A stretch of 64,000 bases of DNA. It comes from a virus. Every line of letters starts with the position of its first letter. The stretch's first letter is position 1. The position numbers and the translations under genes were made by a program. The DNA is taken from the IMG/VR virus record IMGVR_UViG_3300017991_000077, positions 33,476-97,475 of that record. The stretch is one strand, 5' to 3'. Under the pieces are notes generated by a model. The model saw nothing but the letters and a program-made list of their open reading frames with translations. It was not told the DNA's origin and ran no database searches. This document shows positions 1-9,782 of this stretch, in pieces.

Positions 1-1
1 A

Positions 2-1957
2 ACAAGAATAGCTTTAGTGATGGAAGATGGTTCCACTAATACTGCTACGGTATATGGGGCGTCTAATTCGTTTTTAGACGGTGAGTGGGGATTTTTTGTT
101 ATCTGTATCGATAGAGATGAAGCGAGTGTAAACGGTTCATCTATAATAACAAATGGATCATTGACTGGTACTGGAGTAGATTTTTCTAGTGTTGGGGATG
201 CTGATAGTACAGTTAGTCTTACTTTTGGTGCTACTACTACAGGCACTAGTGGATTTGATTCTAACATAGCTTATTTTGCCATGTATCAGGGTGCCGATTT
301 GTTTCCTGGTGGAAGTCTTAATGTTGAAATTTTTGAAAATTTAGCTGCTAAAAGGTTTGCTCAAGTATCCGGAAGGTACCCACAGAATTTTACGCATGAT
401 ACCGTAATAACAGATGGAGATTGTGAAGCTGTTGGAACAGGCGATTGGAATGTTTTAGATTCTACCCTTTCTAAAGATACTACAGCTCCTTTATACGAAG
501 GGACGCAGCATTTAAGAATAACTTCCACAACGGATAGTTTTTATGCTTATCAGTCAATTACTATATCAGGACATAAATATAGAGTAACTGGAGTAGCTAG
601 ATCTGTAAGCGGTTCAGCAATTCCTCAAGTTTATAGATCAGTTGGTGAAGTATGGGGTGGAACATCTTCAACGGATTGGCAAGAATTCGATGAAACTTTT
701 GTAGCTTCAGCAACAAATTTATTTTTTGGTAGTAGTAGCAGTCATCCTGGGGTCGTTGATTTTGACGATATTACGGTCACAAGAGTTGACGAGCTTCCAA
801 TAGTCGCAACACGAGCATTTGCAGCTTACTTAGACAAAATCGAAAGTGACGGAACAAGAAAACTTTATTACGTTGGTTCCGAATGGTTAAGGCAATGCTA
901 TCGTAATGATGGGACGTATGACGTTTATGGATATTTGCCAGAAGCTCAGAGTACAAATCAGATATCTTATTCACAGGAATTAGACAATGCTGCTTGGGTA
1001 CAGGTAAATATTGCATCAATTGATGTAGATGCAATTACTGCTCCTGATGGAACAACAACAGCGGATGGGTTGATTTCCGACGGTACATCCGGCAATCATA
1101 CTGTGCATGATGTAGTGGCTACGAGTGCTGGTACAGATACTTTTTCATTTTGGGCAAAAAAGGGTGATAGCGTTTATGATTGGGTTAGAGGTTATATCAC
1201 TACCATTGGCGCTTCTTGTTTCTTTGATTTAGATGCTGGAGTTGTTGGAACATCAGCAAATTGCACTGGTTACATAGAAAATTGGGGAAATGGTTGGTTT
1301 CGATGTATTCTTGTTTTTACTGGTGATGGATCTAGTAGACATGCATATATCTATTCAGCAGAAGCTGACGGGGATGCTACTTTCTCAGGCAATAGCTCAG
1401 ATGTTGACACTTATATTTGGGGTATTCAATACGAACAAGGGATGGATTACGCTTCGAGTTATATCCCGACGTCTGGCGGAACGAGCACAAGACTTGCTGA
1501 TCAATTGCGCCATAAAGGCGATGATGGAAACATTACAGATAACGGACAAGGAGCGGTTGTTTGTGATTTTTATTTAGAGAATTACGATACTCAAAACACT
1601 AAAAGAATTATGTCCTTCAATGATGGTGGCGCAGCGGCAGATAGAATTAGTGCGTATGCGAGTAGTTCTAGCGACGTACTAGCAGGGCAAACTGCGGCAA
1701 CAGCCGGAAATGCTGGTTTTTCTTCAACTGTAGGGGATATTAGTGATGGTTCTAAGCATACAGCAAGATTAGTATGGAAAACTGATCTTCTTACTGCATA
1801 TTTAGATGGTGTTCCGGATGCTTCTCCAGATATATCTTGCGATATACCAGATGATATTGATCGAATCGAGATAGGATCTAGTTACGCTTTAGGCACTCAA
1901 TTTTCTGGCTTACTTCGGAATCTTAGAATTTATAATACTCCAATTACTAGAGGATAA
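2..1957 (+). CDS. Virion fibre/adhesin, 5'-truncated by the window (LamG-like + carbohydrate-binding-like + spike-fibre + LamG-like modules)
   Basis: The frame is open from base 2. The protein is beta-rich and Thr/Ser/Gly/Asp-rich, has the 'WGIQYEQG..YASSYIPTSG..STR.AD' phage spike-fibre motif, and is collinear with the downstream paralog. Confidence 0.7.
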   Translation, partial: TRIALVMEDGSTNTATVYGASNSFLDGEWGFFVICIDRDEASVNGSSIITNGSLTGTGVDFSSVGDADSTVSLTFGATTTGTSGFDSNIAYFAMYQGADLFPGGSLNVEIFENLAAKRFAQVSGRYPQNFTHDTVITDGDCEAVGTGDWNVLDSTLSKDTTAPLYEGTQHLRITSTTDSFYAYQSITISGHKYRVTGVARSVSGSAIPQVYRSVGEVWGGTSSTDWQEFDETFVASATNLFFGSSSSHPGVVDFDDITVTRVDELPIVATRAFAAYLDKIESDGTRKLYYVGSEWLRQCYRNDGTYDVYGYLPEAQSTNQISYSQELDNAAWVQVNIASIDVDAITAPDGTTTADGLISDGTSGNHTVHDVVATSAGTDTFSFWAKKGDSVYDWVRGYITTIGASCFFDLDAGVVGTSANCTGYIENWGNGWFRCILVFTGDGSSRHAYIYSAEADGDATFSGNSSDVDTYIWGIQYEQGMDYASSYIPTSGGTSTRLADQLRHKGDDGNITDNGQGAVVCDFYLENYDTQNTKRIMSFNDGGAAADRISAYASSSSDVLAGQTAATAGNAGFSSTVGDISDGSKHTARLVWKTDLLTAYLDGVPDASPDISCDIPDDIDRIEIGSSYALGTQFSGLLRNLRIYNTPITRG

Positions 1958-1959
1958 TC

Positions 1960-4900
1960 ATGGAACCAGTTATCCACAAAATGAATTTGAAAGGGCAGTT
2001 TGAAACTTCAGACGCCACACCAACGACATCAGCTTTAGAGAATTCTATTGCAACGATGTTTTCCGGAGAAGAAGGCGTTATCAGAGTTTCGTGCAAGGTA
2101 TCTGCATATAATAAGGCTTCGTATGGTGAGGATTATTATTTTGGTTCCGAAACGACTTATATGTACAACCAACATGGTAATAACGAATTCGATCAAATAG
2201 ATTCGAGTTCAGACACCACGTATTCAGAGACGGCAACTTCAGCTTTATCTTTTTCATTGGATGATACTGATGATGTTATTTCGATGGCATATACTGGTGA
2301 AGCTGGTGAAGATTTTATTTGGGAATATGAAGCTGAAATAGAATTATTTGTTGGAAGTTTGCAAGATTGGTTGGATTTGTATTTAACCTTTCAAATATTC
2401 GATGGAAGAAGTGGAGTTGCAAATCTAGATGAAGATATTGAAGTAAATGGAACAACCGTTTCTCCTACTTTTGTTTATTATGGCGGCGATGCTGATGGAA
2501 CAAATTGGATTCCAAGAACTGGCGGACAGACTTTAACGTTAACAGCAACACCAGTTCCAACTTACAACGATGGTTCACCTTGTCTTGGAACAAATGATGA
2601 TTCGGTTAAATTTAATGATGGTGGATTTTACGATGGTACTGATAACGACGTTGCAACTGAAGACTTTGTTATTGAGGTTTTATTTAAACATCAGGCTGAT
2701 GCAGGAAGATACCTTATAAGCACTTACGATGGATCTACCGGATATATTCTTTATACAAATTCAGATAATGCACGGCTTTATATAGAAGATAGTGGTGGAA
2801 GTTCAACGCTTAATACAGGTGCTGTATTAACTCCAGGTTGTTGGTATTATTTATTAGCATATGTCAATCGGGATGAAGCAAGCGTTAATGGTAGTTTTTT
2901 CTATATTAATGGGGTTGCTGTAGGTTCCGGAAAAGATTCTTCAGCAGTTACTGGAACATTAAACACTAATGAATTTCAGCTTGGAGCTTCTTATCTAGGA
3001 TCAGCCAAATCAACTTGTAATTTAGCTTATTGTTCGATGTGGAAATATTCCGATTTGTTCTCAGCAGGTGCTCAAGGTGAAGCAGAAGCGGCTAATTTAG
3101 CGGCGAGTAGATTTGCTCAAGTATCTGGTCGTTATCCTCAAGTTTTTACGCACGATGATGTTTTAATTGATGGAGACATGGAAGCAAGTCCTATAGAGGT
3201 TATTGTTGATGGAGATTGTGAAGCTGTTGGAACAGGTGATTGGACTGCGACAGATGCTACGCTTTCAAAAGATACGACAGCTCCTTTGAATGAAGGTACC
3301 CAACATCTTAGAATAACTTCAACAGCTAATACTTTTTGGGCATCACAGACAATCTTAACAGTAGGAAAAACATATAGAGTAACTGGATCAGCTAGATCGG
3401 CTGGTAGTTCGGCAATTCCAAAAATTAATTCTGTTGGAACTGTTTGGACGGGAACAACAAGTACTGATTGGCAGGATTTTAATGAAATTTTTGTAGCTAC
3501 AGGTACTGTTATTTATTTTGGAAGTAGTAGTACACATCCTGGAATTGTAGATTTTGATAACATACAGGTACTAGAACAAGACGGGGATTGGACTGTTACC
3601 ACAGCAACCCTATCTAAAGATACAACTGCTCCATTATACGAAGGTACACAGCATTTAAGACTTACTTATTTGTCAGCTTTTAATGGATATGCTCAACAAG
3701 CAATTCAAATAGTAGGTCATAAATACCGAGTTACAGGTGTAGCTCGAAGTGACGGAACAGGAATTCCAAAAATAAGTGAGATAGGTGCTACCCATTGGAC
3801 TGGTACTACTTCCACGTCTTGGCAACCTTTTGATATAACATATGTTGCGTTAACCACAGCTCTTAGACTTCAAGGCGGAACTTTAAGTGCAGGTGTATAT
3901 GTCGAGTTTGACGATGTTACAGTTACACGTGTCGATGAGCTTCCAATAGTTGCAACAAGAGCTTTTGCAGCTTATCTAGATAAAATCGAATCAGATGGAA
4001 CAAGAAAACTTTATTACGTTGGTTCCGAATGGTTAAGGCAGTGTCATCGAAATGATGGGACATACGACATTTATGGGTATTTAGCTGAAGCTGCAAGTAC
4101 AAATCAGGTTGATTATTCAGAAGATATTGACAACGTTGCATGGACGCCAACGCAGGCAACCTTTCATGCAACTAAAATTGCTGCTCCAAATGGTGTCGAA
4201 AATGCAATAGGCATGGTTGCAAGTTCTGTCGCTGGTAATCATGCAATACAAGATAGTATCACGTCTAGCGCTGGTACTGATACCGTGTCATTTTGGGCCA
4301 AAAAAGGTAATCAAGACTGGGTGCTCGGGTATTATGGGCTAGGTGCGGCGGCTCAATGTTATTTTGATTTAGATAACGGCGTTGTTGAAGGTACTCCAGT
4401 TAATTGCATTGGATACATAGAAGATTGGGGGGATGACTGGTTCCGTTGTATTATGGTCTTTACAGGTGATGGTGCTGCCCACTCGTTTTATGTATTTTGC
4501 GCCGAAAATGACGGGGACACGTCTTTCTCTGGCGACGATTCTACAGTTTCGACATATGTATGGGGTGTTCAATACGAACAAGGAAGAGATTACGCGACTA
4601 GTTATATCCCAACTTCAGGTGGAGTTAGTACTCGACTTAAAGACCAATTAGAATTTAAGGGTGATGATGGGAATATTACTAACAACCAACAAGGCTCTAT
4701 AGTTGCTAACATTTTACATCCTGATAAAACTCCAATAGATGCCGGTTGGATATATTCATTGAGTGATGGTGCTGCTTCAGCTGATAGAATATACGGATTT
4801 ACTACCAGTTCAGAACATTATATTTGTAGTATGCTTGCTTCTGTAGGAAATGCAGGAGCATCTGCGGGTACTGTTGATGTTTTTGACGGTATAATTCATA

Positions 4901-5094
4901 CAATAAGGGGTAGATGGGAAATTGATAATTTAATTGGTAGAACTGATGAAACAGATGCTACTGCAGATATTGATTGTGGAGTACCAGACGATATAGACAA
5001 AATAGCTATAGGTAACAATAGACTTATGACCAATCAGTTTGGTGGTTTGATAGAAAATTTAAGAATTTATAATATTCCAACAACAAAGGGGTAA
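1960..5094 (+). CDS. Virion fibre/adhesin, 1044 aa, paralog of the upstream gene, with two CBM-like modules
   Basis: AGGA RBS; LamG-like segment (GCWYYLLAYVNR..FYING); repeated 'GDW...TLSKDTTAPLxEGTQHLR' modules; same C-terminal architecture as the upstream gene. Confidence 0.75.
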   Translation: MEPVIHKMNLKGQFETSDATPTTSALENSIATMFSGEEGVIRVSCKVSAYNKASYGEDYYFGSETTYMYNQHGNNEFDQIDSSSDTTYSETATSALSFSLDDTDDVISMAYTGEAGEDFIWEYEAEIELFVGSLQDWLDLYLTFQIFDGRSGVANLDEDIEVNGTTVSPTFVYYGGDADGTNWIPRTGGQTLTLTATPVPTYNDGSPCLGTNDDSVKFNDGGFYDGTDNDVATEDFVIEVLFKHQADAGRYLISTYDGSTGYILYTNSDNARLYIEDSGGSSTLNTGAVLTPGCWYYLLAYVNRDEASVNGSFFYINGVAVGSGKDSSAVTGTLNTNEFQLGASYLGSAKSTCNLAYCSMWKYSDLFSAGAQGEAEAANLAASRFAQVSGRYPQVFTHDDVLIDGDMEASPIEVIVDGDCEAVGTGDWTATDATLSKDTTAPLNEGTQHLRITSTANTFWASQTILTVGKTYRVTGSARSAGSSAIPKINSVGTVWTGTTSTDWQDFNEIFVATGTVIYFGSSSTHPGIVDFDNIQVLEQDGDWTVTTATLSKDTTAPLYEGTQHLRLTYLSAFNGYAQQAIQIVGHKYRVTGVARSDGTGIPKISEIGATHWTGTTSTSWQPFDITYVALTTALRLQGGTLSAGVYVEFDDVTVTRVDELPIVATRAFAAYLDKIESDGTRKLYYVGSEWLRQCHRNDGTYDIYGYLAEAASTNQVDYSEDIDNVAWTPTQATFHATKIAAPNGVENAIGMVASSVAGNHAIQDSITSSAGTDTVSFWAKKGNQDWVLGYYGLGAAAQCYFDLDNGVVEGTPVNCIGYIEDWGDDWFRCIMVFTGDGAAHSFYVFCAENDGDTSFSGDDSTVSTYVWGVQYEQGRDYATSYIPTSGGVSTRLKDQLEFKGDDGNITNNQQGSIVANILHPDKTPIDAGWIYSLSDGAASADRIYGFTTSSEHYICSMLASVGNAGASAGTVDVFDGIIHTIRGRWEIDNLIGRTDETDATADIDCGVPDDIDKIAIGNNRLMTNQFGGLIENLRIYNIPTTKG

Positions 5095-5097
5095 GTT

Positions 5098-5556
5098 ATG
5101 GCTGATGAATTTGAAGAACTAGCTCCAAAAATACCGAGAGAATATATCGATATTGCAGCATACAAACAGGATAAAGAATTCAAAGATGTTTCAAAAGAAT
5201 GGGAAAAATTAAGAGAAGACCCAGAATCTGAAAATATAGACCTTGATTTATTGCATCGGTTTTATTCTGAGCCAGTAAAAGTACATTTTGGCGAAGTTGA
5301 AGAAGGTGATCCAGAACCTGATTGGTTTTGGCATGTTCTAATTACTCGTGAACAGTGGTTGCAACGAATCAAAGATGAAAGATCCGTAATGGATTTTGAA
5401 TTGCAGCCGATAACAATGAAAAAACCTAAGCCAAATAAACCTACTGAATATCGACCTAGACATATGTTCGGTGGCGGTCAAAACGCCCATTTACCGAGAG
5501 AAAAACAGCCAGTAATTGAAGCTGAAGCACGAAGTCTAGAAATCAGAAAGGAATAA
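5098..5556 (+). CDS. Hypothetical protein (possible fibre chaperone)
   Basis: Tightly coupled ORF between the fibre and baseplate genes; function inferred from position only. Confidence 0.5.
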   Translation: MADEFEELAPKIPREYIDIAAYKQDKEFKDVSKEWEKLREDPESENIDLDLLHRFYSEPVKVHFGEVEEGDPEPDWFWHVLITREQWLQRIKDERSVMDFELQPITMKKPKPNKPTEYRPRHMFGGGQNAHLPREKQPVIEAEARSLEIRKE

Positions 5557-5559
5557 GTC

Positions 5560-6663
5560 ATGTCCGGTTTTGGTTTAGGGGCATATGGAATGGGTATACC
5601 CTACGGGTCGGTAGTCGCAGGAGGACCTCAAGACTACAGGTCTTTAGGGGATTTCGATTTTTCTGCGGTGTCTCGGAGTGAAGGATATAAGATTCGGATT
5701 ACTTTCACTATTCCGGCAATAGCTGATGCTCCTCAGTGGATTCGTCGTTTACGCATTTTGAGGAAGACGGGAGAATGGCCGCAGTCTTGGGATGACGCAG
5801 ATGCTCAAGAAGTGATCGACGATTATTTCTTTACGGAGGCTACCCACTACATAGACCAAGACGAGTTGGTGCCAAGGCAGACTTATTATTATTCTTTGTT
5901 TGCGCTTCGAGATGACGGTACTTGGGTTAACGACAAGATTTACAACCGAGATTCCGCTTATCCCTATGATCGTTGGGGTTCGGGTTTGAATATGTTTGAT
6001 TCGCTTCCAAGGGGATGGAGGTCAGCCGACGCAGACGAATCGGGAAACCCGTTAGAAAATTTCATGGCCATTTTTGGAGCTTTATCCGATAACATAAAGA
6101 CCGATTGCGAAGCTCTTCTAGACCTCTTCGATATTGATGAACTGCACGATGACTTAGTGTATATCCAAGACAAACGAATCGGTTGGCCTACGTGGTATGC
6201 AGCAGGAGGATTGAAACGAAAGAAGGAAACCAAGGAGGCAGTAGATTTATACAAGCTTCTAGGCAGAGAAGTTGCGTATGAGCAGATGTTAGAAGAGGTT
6301 TCTGGATGGGATGCTTCTATCGAAGAGGGTTGGAAATATATCATGTGGTCTACAGATCTTGAGTGCACTACTCCAGATACTACGCTTCCAGGAATCATCA
6401 CAGACCAAGGTACTCAAGATGATCTTCTGAAGTATACAAACGATAATAATTCGTGGCATTCAGCAAACGGGTTGGGATTATTCATGTCAGAGATTTTGAC
6501 GGTTTCTGATGATCTCTCGCAAGAAATGGTAGATAGATTTGAAGAGCTTCTTGACTGGGGCAAGGCCGGTTTTGTAACGGCTGACTTGATTGTATCCCCA
6601 AAGACAGAAGAGATTTGGTACTCAAATTGGGTTATCGAAGACTGGGATGACGTAATCAGCTAG
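5560..6663 (+). CDS. Baseplate/tail protein (P2 gpI-like tail domain)
   Basis: 'LFDIDE...RIGW...KRK...AVDLYKLLG...YEQMLEEVSGWD' resembles the Tail_P2_I pattern; structural context. Confidence 0.6.
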   Translation: MSGFGLGAYGMGIPYGSVVAGGPQDYRSLGDFDFSAVSRSEGYKIRITFTIPAIADAPQWIRRLRILRKTGEWPQSWDDADAQEVIDDYFFTEATHYIDQDELVPRQTYYYSLFALRDDGTWVNDKIYNRDSAYPYDRWGSGLNMFDSLPRGWRSADADESGNPLENFMAIFGALSDNIKTDCEALLDLFDIDELHDDLVYIQDKRIGWPTWYAAGGLKRKKETKEAVDLYKLLGREVAYEQMLEEVSGWDASIEEGWKYIMWSTDLECTTPDTTLPGIITDQGTQDDLLKYTNDNNSWHSANGLGLFMSEILTVSDDLSQEMVDRFEELLDWGKAGFVTADLIVSPKTEEIWYSNWVIEDWDDVIS

Positions 6664-6672
6664 GCGAGGTAT

Positions 6673-7200
6673 GTGATGAAGATAGTCGGGCGTTGGAAAG
6701 ACAGGTGCTGTAAAAACGGTAGGTGGTATGACGGGGAACACGGTAAATTCGAATGGGATTTTAATCAGATTCAGAACACTTTTGCCACGTTACTCACGTG
6801 TTGGCTTAGAGAAGAAGCAGGCTACAATCGAATAGGCTATATGGGCATCGGGTCTGGATTGATTGGTTGGGATACGTCCCCTCCAGCACAGCCTTACAGC
6901 CAAACAGCCTTGACCACCGAGTATGCGAGAATGACCATCGCTCAAGTAGACTTAGTTTTTATTGACCCAGCTACAGACCTCCCTACAGGTGGTACTCCGA
7001 GTTCTAAGATAGAGATTACCGTCAACATGGGTGCGGGCGATGCCAACGGTACGATGAGAGAATTTGGACTATTCGGAGGCACGGCTACCGCGGCTTTAGA
7101 TTCAGGGGAAATGGTAAATTGGGTTGTTCACAACAAAATTATCAAGTCACCAGCGATATCGATTCAACGCAAAGTCAGGATTGAATTCCAGACAAACTAG
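6673..7200 (+). CDS. Baseplate/tail-collar-like protein
   Basis: 'YMGIGSG...TALTTEYAR...ANGTMREFGLFGG...IIKSP' pattern typical of fibre-attachment proteins. Confidence 0.6.
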   Translation: MMKIVGRWKDRCCKNGRWYDGEHGKFEWDFNQIQNTFATLLTCWLREEAGYNRIGYMGIGSGLIGWDTSPPAQPYSQTALTTEYARMTIAQVDLVFIDPATDLPTGGTPSSKIEITVNMGAGDANGTMREFGLFGGTATAALDSGEMVNWVVHNKIIKSPAISIQRKVRIEFQTN

Positions 7201-7209
7201 GAGAAAGAC

Positions 7210-9702
7210 ATGTCAGGGAATACGCCAAATATCAGCCGAGACAGTTTTGTATTTGGAAAACTGTACGATAGAGTAACGCTTCAGCAAGGAGTGCCTATAC
7301 CAGATTCAGACTGGAATGAGCTGGCCGACGTTCTTTCCATGTCGCAGATCCTTGGAGGAATCTATACGCAGCGTGACGGAGTTTTCGGGCCGAACCCCAC
7401 CGCAGCAATAGATTCAGGTTATCGAGTCATAGAAGCTTCAGCTCCTTCTCAGAATTTCGAAATCGAGGCCGGTTGGGCGATGGTTAAAGGCGTTTTAGTG
7501 CCTACGGTTTTAGGACATCCACCGACAGACCACGATTATGAAGATGATACGAACCTCATGGGAGAAGGAACGGTCACGAGTACTGCCGTAGGCGGAACTG
7601 GATCTCAGTTGACCGATTCTTCCAAGTATTGGGAAACATTTCATAGTTTGGCCGGATGTCGGGTGAAGATGACTTCAGGGGCCGAAAGCGGAAACACCTT
7701 CGAAATCCTTAGTCGAACGAACAACACGACTTTTGAGTTGACCACGGTAGAAGCCGGAATCGTAGCCACCGATACCTTTATCATAAAGCCACCAGCGTTG
7801 ACTTCAGCTGTGGCAGTTCCTCGGACAGATGAAGTTTACATCATGGTTTGGTGGGAAGATATTAACGAAGACGAAGATTCGAATTGCGTTCATGCTGGCT
7901 TGAACATTGAAACGAGTCATAGAAGACAACGGAGATGGTGTGTTCGAGTAGCTGAAGGTGGGTCTACTCCGTCAACAGTCGATGCCCACAGTTTCGATGC
8001 TCGGTATCTGAAGATAGCTGAGTTTGTACGGCCAGCAGCTACCGCAAATATTCTGACCGCTCATATTACCCAAGAAGTCTTTTCTGATTACATTGAGACA
8101 GGTCGAATATCTGTAAATCCGATTGCTGCTTACGGAAGTTATCCCGCAATCACAGCCGTAGGAAGTGGCACTGGGGAAGGTCTCAATGTTACAGGCGGCG
8201 CAACCAGCGGAAAAGGAATTATTGCGTTAGGTATCAGTACTGGGGAAGGAATTCATACCACGGGAGGAAGCGTCGGCGGTAGTGGAGTGACAGCCGTAGG
8301 TGGAGCAACAAACGGCGACGGAATTACCTCCACAGGTGGAGCGACAAACGGCAAAGGAATCGTTTCTCAGGGAACAGGAACAGGAGCCGGTATCCAAGCA
8401 ACCGGTGGAGTTTCAGCAGCAACAGGTGTTTTAGCCTACGGAGGAGCAAGCGGTGGTGTAGGAATAATTGCCACAGGAGGAGCTACTAGTGGTGTAGGAG
8501 GAGAGTTCGCTGGGGGATCTCCAGACGGCGGTGGTCTTGTAGCTATTGGCGACGGTACCGGGGTAGGAGTTATTGCAGTAGGTGGAGATACTAGTGGAAC
8601 AGGTCTCAATGCTACAGGTGGAAGTCCCAATGGGTATGGGATGGTCGTTGAGGGAACCGGATCTGGGCGAGGCATACAAGCGTCAGGTGGAGCTACAGGC
8701 GGCCCAGGTATTGTAGCGCTAGGAGGAGCGAGTAGTGGAGAAGGAATCATTACTACAGGGGGGACCCCAAACGGTATAGCCTTACTTGCTACAGGAGACG
8801 GTACCGGAGAGGCTATCGATGCTACCGGAGGAGATTCTGACGGCGATGCAATAAAGGCGACAGGGGGAGCCACAAACGGTCATGGCGTTGTAGCAACCGG
8901 AGCGGGAACAGGTGAAGGTGTTGTTGGAATAGGAGGAACTACTAACGCAGCTGGCGTTGCCGGAATTGGTGGAGTCACTAATGGCATGGGAGTTTCGGGA
9001 ACGGGAGCGGGAACAGGTATGGGAGTTTATGCGTTAGGAGGTTCGAGCGGTGGAGATGGTGTTTGGGGTGTAGGTCAAGGTGGCGGCGATGGAGTAAATG
9101 CAACAGGCAACGGTGCCGGCAGAGGAGTTTATGCGTTAGGCGGAAGTACGAGTGGCATTGGATTATTCGGTACGGGAGGATCTCCTAATGGTTCGGGTGT
9201 AAAAGGACAAGGTACAGGGACAGGAGATGGCGTACATGGAACTGGGGGACCGTCGGCAGGTAATAATGGCGTCGTAGGCGTAGGTGGCGGCGTCACGAGC
9301 GGTGTAGGGGTTCACGGAACCGGATCGGGCATCGGTGCAGGAGTTCAGGGATATGGAGGTTCTGGGGGCGGTAACGGCGTAATGGCTTACGGGTATAGTG
9401 GAGGTTTTGGTATATATTCTGTCGGAAGTGCGGCCGCAGAAGGGGTCTATTCAATAGGTGGAACCTCAAATGGTTCTGGAGTAAAAGGTGTGGGAGGAGC
9501 TACCAACGGTGTCGGCGTTCAGGGACAAGGAACAGGAACCGGGGCCGGAGTATATGCAACGTCAACAGGCAACGCAGCTCCTCTTAGAATAGAACTCACT
9601 GCAGGAGACCCAGCCGCTCCAAATGAAGGCGACATATGGATTACGGGAAATGTGATGCATTTCTATTCGGGCGGAGCAATAAGAACAGTTACGCATACGT
9701 AA
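7210..9702 (+). CDS. Tail fibre with DUF6519-like N-terminus and long Gly-rich repeat shaft
   Basis: N-terminal 'SRDSF...YDRVTLQQGVPIPDSDWNE' matches the DUF6519-type motif; about 480 aa of 12-13-aa GxG-hydrophobic-xG repeats follow. Confidence 0.7.
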   Translation: MSGNTPNISRDSFVFGKLYDRVTLQQGVPIPDSDWNELADVLSMSQILGGIYTQRDGVFGPNPTAAIDSGYRVIEASAPSQNFEIEAGWAMVKGVLVPTVLGHPPTDHDYEDDTNLMGEGTVTSTAVGGTGSQLTDSSKYWETFHSLAGCRVKMTSGAESGNTFEILSRTNNTTFELTTVEAGIVATDTFIIKPPALTSAVAVPRTDEVYIMVWWEDINEDEDSNCVHAGLNIETSHRRQRRWCVRVAEGGSTPSTVDAHSFDARYLKIAEFVRPAATANILTAHITQEVFSDYIETGRISVNPIAAYGSYPAITAVGSGTGEGLNVTGGATSGKGIIALGISTGEGIHTTGGSVGGSGVTAVGGATNGDGITSTGGATNGKGIVSQGTGTGAGIQATGGVSAATGVLAYGGASGGVGIIATGGATSGVGGEFAGGSPDGGGLVAIGDGTGVGVIAVGGDTSGTGLNATGGSPNGYGMVVEGTGSGRGIQASGGATGGPGIVALGGASSGEGIITTGGTPNGIALLATGDGTGEAIDATGGDSDGDAIKATGGATNGHGVVATGAGTGEGVVGIGGTTNAAGVAGIGGVTNGMGVSGTGAGTGMGVYALGGSSGGDGVWGVGQGGGDGVNATGNGAGRGVYALGGSTSGIGLFGTGGSPNGSGVKGQGTGTGDGVHGTGGPSAGNNGVVGVGGGVTSGVGVHGTGSGIGAGVQGYGGSGGGNGVMAYGYSGGFGIYSVGSAAAEGVYSIGGTSNGSGVKGVGGATNGVGVQGQGTGTGAGVYATSTGNAAPLRIELTAGDPAAPNEGDIWITGNVMHFYSGGAIRTVTHT

Positions 9703-9782
9703 AAAGTTGCAGGCTCATTAACGAGCCAGTATCTTTAGATAAGGCCATTGTCTCAGGCTAATGGGACGTAAGGAGGTAAGAG

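Noticed and set aside
770-4090. Diversity-generating retroelement TR/VR pair in the fibre paralogs
   Set aside because: Differences are mostly synonymous and not adenine-specific, both copies are coding, and no reverse transcriptase is in the window.
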